This document shows positions 58,710 to 64,000 of a stretch of DNA of 64,000 nt, in pieces. A model generated the notes under the pieces. That model saw only the letters and a list, made by a program, of their open reading frames with translations. It made no database searches and was not told the origin of the DNA. The DNA is from a virus. The stretch lies in the IMG/VR virus record IMGVR_UViG_3300027759_000051. One strand, given 5' to 3'. The position numbers and the translations under genes were made by a program. Within the stretch, counting starts at the first letter, position 1, and every line of letters starts with the position of its first letter.

Positions 58710-59809
58710 TCTGTGCAGAATTTCTTTCTTATGGTGTTTACGATGCTCACGTTACCAAAGTTCACCATCGCGGGTGAGTCCATTCCAACATTTTTTCCTG
58801 AGATAGCTTCTTCAAAAGCTTCTGTTCCTAAAACCAAAGATGCTTGGTACATTTCTTCATCAATAGTTTTCAGCTCTTCTTCTAGGATGGAACTGTTTAT
58901 TGTGAATTTAGTAGGGCTATGCAGCAATAGTGAATTAAGAGTTCTGTACCTAAGCCTGCTTTTGATCCACTTTTTTACCTTTTCTGGAAGAACAACATTT
59001 TCTCTATTGTAAATTCTGCAATCTTCTGGGTTGGTGAGATAGCTGTACACCGACATGTTGATCTGATTGTTCCTGATTTCATCAAGAACATCCTCTGTCA
59101 TACCTGTCTTTTCAATGAAGATATTTGCCTTAACTGCCTGCGGTTCTGTGTTCAAGAATGGTTCCTTTGAAACACCGCTCCACTCCTCGATCATCTTGAG
59201 GCATCCGAATAAAGAACTTGACCATGAAGTAACCACTGGGTAGTCACCAAAACCTAAACCATTCTTGCTCGTGACCACGACTAAATGGCAATCACCAAGC
59301 ACAGAAAGGATTGTGGTAAAACTTGTAACATTTCTGTCATTGACTTTCTCTTTATCAAAAGCATAAGAATGAACGCCATCTGCTGAGTTTACAAAACCTC
59401 TTGGACCGGTGGCATCTTTGTCGCAGCGCCTTTTCATGTCCATTCCTATTTTATTTTTATCTGACACCTCTAGGCTAGGGAAGTGGACTGAGTTGAAGAA
59501 AGCGATAGTTCCGTTGTGGACGTAGTCAGTCGCCTCTATATACTCGTAGATGTTCTCATAGCATTGGTAGTCAATCAATTCTTCTTTTGTTTCATTCTTT
59601 GCAATGTAGTTAAAATCTGTCCCTACTTCATTCATGCTTTTGAACGCAACAAGGATGCCAGAATCTGTAGTGTATTTATCGTAATCAAGATACTCAATTA
59701 GGCCACCACTTGTGTACTGGTAGAGTTTGAAATCTTCAACAAATGTTGTCAAATAAAAAGATTTATAGTTAGACGGATCTATGTTATTGATATCTATCAT
59801 GAGTACCAC
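58706..59809 (-). CDS. Hypothetical protein
   Basis: 367-aa ORF coupled within the operon. Confidence 0.65.
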   Translation of the reverse strand: MVLMIDINNIDPSNYKSFYLTTFVEDFKLYQYTSGGLIEYLDYDKYTTDSGILVAFKSMNEVGTDFNYIAKNETKEELIDYQCYENIYEYIEATDYVHNGTIAFFNSVHFPSLEVSDKNKIGMDMKRRCDKDATGPRGFVNSADGVHSYAFDKEKVNDRNVTSFTTILSVLGDCHLVVVTSKNGLGFGDYPVVTSWSSSLFGCLKMIEEWSGVSKEPFLNTEPQAVKANIFIEKTGMTEDVLDEIRNNQINMSVYSYLTNPEDCRIYNRENVVLPEKVKKWIKSRLRYRTLNSLLLHSPTKFTINSSILEEELKTIDEEMYQASLVLGTEAFEEAISGKNVGMDSPAMVNFGNVSIVNTIRKKFCTE

Positions 59810-60399
59810 GTAACTAAACTGTATTTAGTCCCATTCACTACTGGGTGAGCGATATGCGAGTAAGGGAAATTTGATGGAAATAAGACAACAGAGTTTTTTT
59901 CTAGTTTAATGGTTGTATTGAAATAAGGGAACTCAAGTTCTCCACCTGAAAACCCGTCAGACAGGCTGGCAACCATACTTAGGACTCTTTGATTCTCTGG
60001 AGCGTGGTCGTGGTGCATGTGATACTCCGCACCGTCTTCATATTTCAACAAAGAGTAGCCAGAGTCAGAATTGAGAACAAGACTCCATGAATTACGATAG
60101 TCCCAAATGCATTCATCAATTGGCTTTATAATGTCATTCACGAGTTTCTCATGCAGGTTTTTTATGTCTACGTTTTCTGTTTCTGCCAGAAAAATGTTCA
60201 CGTCTAGCCCCAAAGAACTTCTGTACTCGTTTCCGTACTCACTTCCCTCGGTTGTTGATGGCTGCCACTCTACGTAAGGCCATTCTTTTTTTGTTTCATC
60301 CTCAATCAGACCAATAACGTCGCCTACATCAATTGCGTCTTTGTATATCCAAAGGCATGGAACTTTTTCATTTTTTTCAATAAGCATAAAAATCTCCAA
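59797..60399 (-). CDS. 2OG-Fe(II) oxygenase (prolyl-4-hydroxylase-like)
   Basis: YHMHHD, GGELEFP, LFPSNFPYSH, GTKYSLVTW. Confidence 0.88.
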   Translation of the reverse strand: MEIFMLIEKNEKVPCLWIYKDAIDVGDVIGLIEDETKKEWPYVEWQPSTTEGSEYGNEYRSSLGLDVNIFLAETENVDIKNLHEKLVNDIIKPIDECIWDYRNSWSLVLNSDSGYSLLKYEDGAEYHMHHDHAPENQRVLSMVASLSDGFSGGELEFPYFNTTIKLEKNSVVLFPSNFPYSHIAHPVVNGTKYSLVTWYS

Positions 60400-60790
60400 T
60401 CTGCTCTACGCACTCATTAACACGAATTTCAAAAATATTTTTCCCAATTTTATACTCATTGAATGAAAATCTAATTTTATGGTTTTCTTCGTAAATGCTT
60501 TTTATTAGAATGCCATTTACGAAAAGTTTTGTATTGTTTTTTAGGATAAAAAATTCATTTTCGTAGACCATTCCCTGATGAGCTCCAAAAACAATCCTCT
60601 CATGCAATATGGAAAAATGAATAACTCTTGGAATGTTCAGTAGCTGAACCTTACTCCTATTGAATTCTAATTTTTCTGTATTAGAATTGTCACCTATAAG
60701 AATATTTCTCTTATATTTAACAGACAATTCTTTAGCTTCTTGAATCATTGAATCATTTGGGCAATAGATAATTCTATCCAAACTAGCCAA
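60377..60790 (-). CDS. Hypothetical protein
   Basis: Overlapping ORF in the operon. Confidence 0.55.
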   Translation of the reverse strand: MASLDRIIYCPNDSMIQEAKELSVKYKRNILIGDNSNTEKLEFNRSKVQLLNIPRVIHFSILHERIVFGAHQGMVYENEFFILKNNTKLFVNGILIKSIYEENHKIRFSFNEYKIGKNIFEIRVNECVEQIGDFYAY

Positions 60791-61016
60791 GGCTCTCTAT
60801 TTTTGTATTTATGAAGTTAATTTTATTAACGAGATTGGTTACACTTCTGTAGTTAGCCTGAAGAGAAGCGTCTTCTGGCTCCTCATATGTGTCAAGAGAA
60901 AAAGTTTCGGGGTCAATACCCAGGTAAGACAACATGGCGTACAGCTCCGACAAGAATCCAGTCAGTGTTTGATTACAAATCTCTTTTTTTCTTTCATTGG
61001 TTATTTGAAATTCCAT
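60783..61016 (-). CDS. Hypothetical protein
   Basis: SD AGGAG, 77 aa. Confidence 0.6.
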   Translation of the reverse strand: MEFQITNERKKEICNQTLTGFLSELYAMLSYLGIDPETFSLDTYEEPEDASLQANYRSVTNLVNKINFINTKIESLG

Positions 61017-61023
61017 AATTCTC

Positions 61024-62568
61024 CTATTGATTTAAGACTAAAGCCAACAACCCAGATGAGGCACTCGTTCCGCCTGTTACGCTTGTTGTTGGCAAACCAG
61101 TGCTTGTTTCCGTTACGATTACTATACCGCCTCCGCCGCCTGACTTCCCAGCAGTTCCAGCAGTTGTTGATCCCGCAGCACCTGCAGTTCCTGCAGCACC
61201 TCCAATACCTCCAGCGCCCGCAGTTCCTCCAGCACCCCCAGGGTACGAAGCATGACCAACGTGACTTACCGTTCCAGCAGGTCTAACCCAGTATTGCTGA
61301 TGGTCGTTGTCGTGGTGAGTTCTTGTATAATAGTCGTGAACTGTACCTTTTGAGTAGTGGGAATAGTGGGGGTAATGTAGCACGGTATTGTAATTTCCTC
61401 CGTGGTGACTTCCTGTATGTGCTTGAGCAGTGCCACTATGATTGCGATGATTTGGCGATGTGTGAGGTATTGAGTTTTGGAGACTATAACTAGCAGTAGG
61501 TTCAGCATTATGATGGTCGCCATAGTGGTGGGGATAGTGGCCAGCAGCGTGAGACGGGTGGGCAGTATTCCCGTGAGTGGCGGTAGCACTATTATGCACG
61601 TGCCTGTACGTATGGCCGTGCAGGGGATGATACGCGTATGGAGTATGACTACCATGCGGTAAGTTCGGTGATGCTACTGATCTATGATGCCCTGTGCCGT
61701 CGTAATGAGCGGCGCCATCGGCGTAATGAGCAAGCGATGCTGTTCCGCCAGAAGTTCCAGCAGATCCGTTTGCTCCAGGGGTTCCAGCAGAACCAGCAGA
61801 ACCAGCGGATCCAGTTGCTGACGCACCACCCGCTGTGCCTGTTTCTCCATTTGCAACAATGCTTCCTGTTCCTGTTATCGCTCTGGCCACAACAACAACA
61901 ACTCCGCCTCCCCTACCACCAACACCTGCAGCAGCAGCGGGGGGAGTTGTTCCAGGGGTTCCAGGAGTTCCGCTTGTTCCAGAAGATCCATCGGTTCCAG
62001 CGGTTCCTGGTGCTCCACTAGTTCCTGGTGTTTTAACCAAGTGACCAGCACCTCCAGCACCTCCAAGGGTTCTAGGAGTTGCTGCTCCGCCTGCTCCGCC
62101 AGATGTTGCGGGAGTGACTGTTCCCGCAGCGCCAGAAACACCTCCTGCTCCACCAGTAAGTGGTCGCACCGCTCCAGCATTAGAAACATCTGCAGCCCTG
62201 ATTACGCTTTCTATGCTATTTAAGATATAGCTGTTTGCAAGAGTAAGGCTTGATGAGTTTTGAGCATTTCCGCCTATTGAGAAAGTTGGAACTACTCCTA
62301 CGCCAGAAGTACCGGGTACCGTTCCTGGAGACACTGTTACACCGGAACCAATACCTAGTGTTCCATTAACGGTCAATGTGCCTTTTACAAAAACTCTAAA
62401 CCCATTAGGATTCAAGGTTATTCCCGAGTCAATGGTTAAGTTGTTGTAGTACATATCTTCTGACAAAGATGTGTTCACAGATATGATGATGTTGCCGTCT
62501 AGTCCTGATCCATAGACTGCGTCATTACCAAGACTTGAGACACTTTGTTCGTATCTAGATATAGCCAT
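61024..62568 (-). CDS. Gly-rich fibre-like protein with a His-rich insert
   Basis: YGSGLDG, YNNLTI..G.TLNPNGFRVFVKG; G-rich tracts flanking about 160 aa with more than 30 His. Confidence 0.7.
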   Translation of the reverse strand: MAISRYEQSVSSLGNDAVYGSGLDGNIIISVNTSLSEDMYYNNLTIDSGITLNPNGFRVFVKGTLTVNGTLGIGSGVTVSPGTVPGTSGVGVVPTFSIGGNAQNSSSLTLANSYILNSIESVIRAADVSNAGAVRPLTGGAGGVSGAAGTVTPATSGGAGGAATPRTLGGAGGAGHLVKTPGTSGAPGTAGTDGSSGTSGTPGTPGTTPPAAAAGVGGRGGGVVVVVARAITGTGSIVANGETGTAGGASATGSAGSAGSAGTPGANGSAGTSGGTASLAHYADGAAHYDGTGHHRSVASPNLPHGSHTPYAYHPLHGHTYRHVHNSATATHGNTAHPSHAAGHYPHHYGDHHNAEPTASYSLQNSIPHTSPNHRNHSGTAQAHTGSHHGGNYNTVLHYPHYSHYSKGTVHDYYTRTHHDNDHQQYWVRPAGTVSHVGHASYPGGAGGTAGAGGIGGAAGTAGAAGSTTAGTAGKSGGGGGIVIVTETSTGLPTTSVTGGTSASSGLLALVLNQ

Positions 62569-62570
62569 TT

Positions 62571-63362
62571 TTACACCTGTTGAATATAAATTGAGGTTCC
62601 TGCGTTTGCGCCTGTTACATCAGTAGAGATGGATGCAGGAAGTGCAGAAGCAGACGATACAACGATAATGACACCGCCTCCACCGGGGGATGTTGCAGGG
62701 GCTTTGATATAACCAGTTCCAGAAGATGGTCCAGAAATGTAACGAGCAGCAAGGATTACTACTCCTCCACCAGCCTGAGTAGTTCCTCCAGCGCCTCCAC
62801 GCAGGAATGTGGGACCACCAGAAGCAGTAACTGAGTAACCAGTAACTGCTTGCTGTGCAACTCTAAAGTACTTGGTTCCGCCCTGAGCGGCGGTTGGGGC
62901 TGTTGCCGTGTATGTGGCTGCTGCGTTTCCACCAAGACTGCATGTAACAGATGTTCCTACGCTTCCCGTAGTAGAACCGCCTTGGGCAATAGACCCAGCA
63001 GTAGAAAATCCAGCAGTGTACCCAATAACTGAGTTGTTGTTTAACTTTAAAATACCTTTTACAAAAACACGGTAACCATTAGGTTCTAAGCGCACGCCTG
63101 CGTTAATGGTTAGATCATTAAAGTAAACATCTTGTGTTAGGGAGTAAACGCTTGATGAGGGAACAATAGTTGTGGAGTCACCCAATGTAAGAGTGGTGGT
63201 TCCATCTAATGTCTTATCACCGTCGTAACCGTTTCCGTAAACAATGTCTGGGCTTTCGTTGTAGTAGGAAACCCAGTATGAGCCGTCCCATTGCCAACTT
63301 TTAGAGCCAACAGTATAAACCTGATATTGATAAGGAGAAGCAGGAAAAGTAATTGCTGGCAT
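62571..63362 (-). CDS. Gly-rich fibre-like protein, paralog of the downstream gene
   Basis: ITFPASP..WQWDG..W N-terminus; YGNGYDG, FNDLTI, PNGYRVFVKG. Confidence 0.65.
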   Translation of the reverse strand: MPAITFPASPYQYQVYTVGSKSWQWDGSYWVSYYNESPDIVYGNGYDGDKTLDGTTTLTLGDSTTIVPSSSVYSLTQDVYFNDLTINAGVRLEPNGYRVFVKGILKLNNNSVIGYTAGFSTAGSIAQGGSTTGSVGTSVTCSLGGNAAATYTATAPTAAQGGTKYFRVAQQAVTGYSVTASGGPTFLRGGAGGTTQAGGGVVILAARYISGPSSGTGYIKAPATSPGGGGVIIVVSSASALPASISTDVTGANAGTSIYIQQV

Positions 63363-63364
63363 GA

Positions 63365-64000
63365 CTAGTTATTCCTATAGCCATACACACGGACTGTTCC
63401 CGTGATCGTCCCCGAAACAGGAATCAAACTAATGCCGTCAAAACTTGTAGATGCTTTCATAACATTGGATTGGTTACGAATATAAGCCTCCCCGACCATT
63501 GAACCATTTTGTACAAGCATCCCTGTTTTTGCAGTCTCAAATGGACTATATATAGTAATGTCAAAAAATGATAAGTCTGTTAAACACATTTGTCCAAGGT
63601 CACCTATGTTTTGGCTAGTTGACCTTACTGCGCTAACCGTAGTTGAATCTGCCACAAGTGCTTGATTTCCGTAGTTTAAAGTTTGATTATCTGTGCCTGA
63701 TGTTCTCAAACGGTATTGCAATGCAACTTGACTGGAACTTGTTATTGATATCTCAATTTTATAGTTTTGATACAGCGCAGAGAAGCACCCGTTGATACTC
63801 GCTGCTGACGCTGCTGAAAAAGTTACCGTACTGGAGGTTAGGGTTACGTTTGTGCCCGCAACAGAAGTAGGTGTAATCAGTTCTAAACCTGTTGGGTTCT
63901 GCGCAGGGCTATTAGGAACAACCCATGCTGAGCCGTTCCACACAAGCAAACGGTTCGTATCAGTCTCGTAAGTTGTCTGACCAGTCCACGGCGCAGATGG
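63365..64000 (-). CDS. Tail fibre-related protein, 5' end outside the window
   Basis: Frame open to the edge: PSAPWTGQTTYETDTNRLLVWNGSAW...GTVRVYGY. Confidence 0.65.
   Translation of the reverse strand, partial: PSAPWTGQTTYETDTNRLLVWNGSAWVVPNSPAQNPTGLELITPTSVAGTNVTLTSSTVTFSAASAASINGCFSALYQNYKIEISITSSSQVALQYRLRTSGTDNQTLNYGNQALVADSTTVSAVRSTSQNIGDLGQMCLTDLSFFDITIYSPFETAKTGMLVQNGSMVGEAYIRNQSNVMKASTSFDGISLIPVSGTITGTVRVYGYRNN

Overview
A 64-kb slice of a large contractile-tailed dsDNA phage (about 40% GC by eye, standard code). An actinobacterial host is suggested only by leaderless-type promoters and gene content. Left arm (minus strand): a small membrane protein, portal, a giant HK97-type prohead-protease fusion (2489 aa), an ArdC-containing ORF, a PepSY-like protein and a 2338-aa multi-effector protein ending in a RelA/SpoT-like domain. 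Middle (plus strand): terminase, recombination and nuclease genes, a ParB/PAPS-reductase/ParB module, then neck, sheath, tube, chaperone, tape measure, baseplate and fibre genes. Right arm (mostly minus strand): fibre-like and modification genes (glycosyltransferase, methyltransferase, flavin halogenase, 2OG-Fe(II) oxygenase). No major capsid gene was recognised in the window. Main candidate system: about 26 copies of a peptide motif, x-[L/M]-S-S-G (usually GLSSG followed by R/K/A), punctuate the giant head-region proteins and the tape measure. They delimit discrete modules (WYL, HTH, SH3-like, ParB x2, RelA/SpoT, ArdC), some duplicated within or between genes at the motif boundaries. A canonical -1 frameshift signal (A_AAA_AAA plus a GC hairpin at 13574-13613) would fuse the protease polyprotein to the ArdC ORF, giving about 3589 aa. 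Together this suggests a virion-packaged, protease-processed, shufflable effector polyprotein system. Cleavage and packaging are inferences. Family calls come from motif recognition, not database searches.
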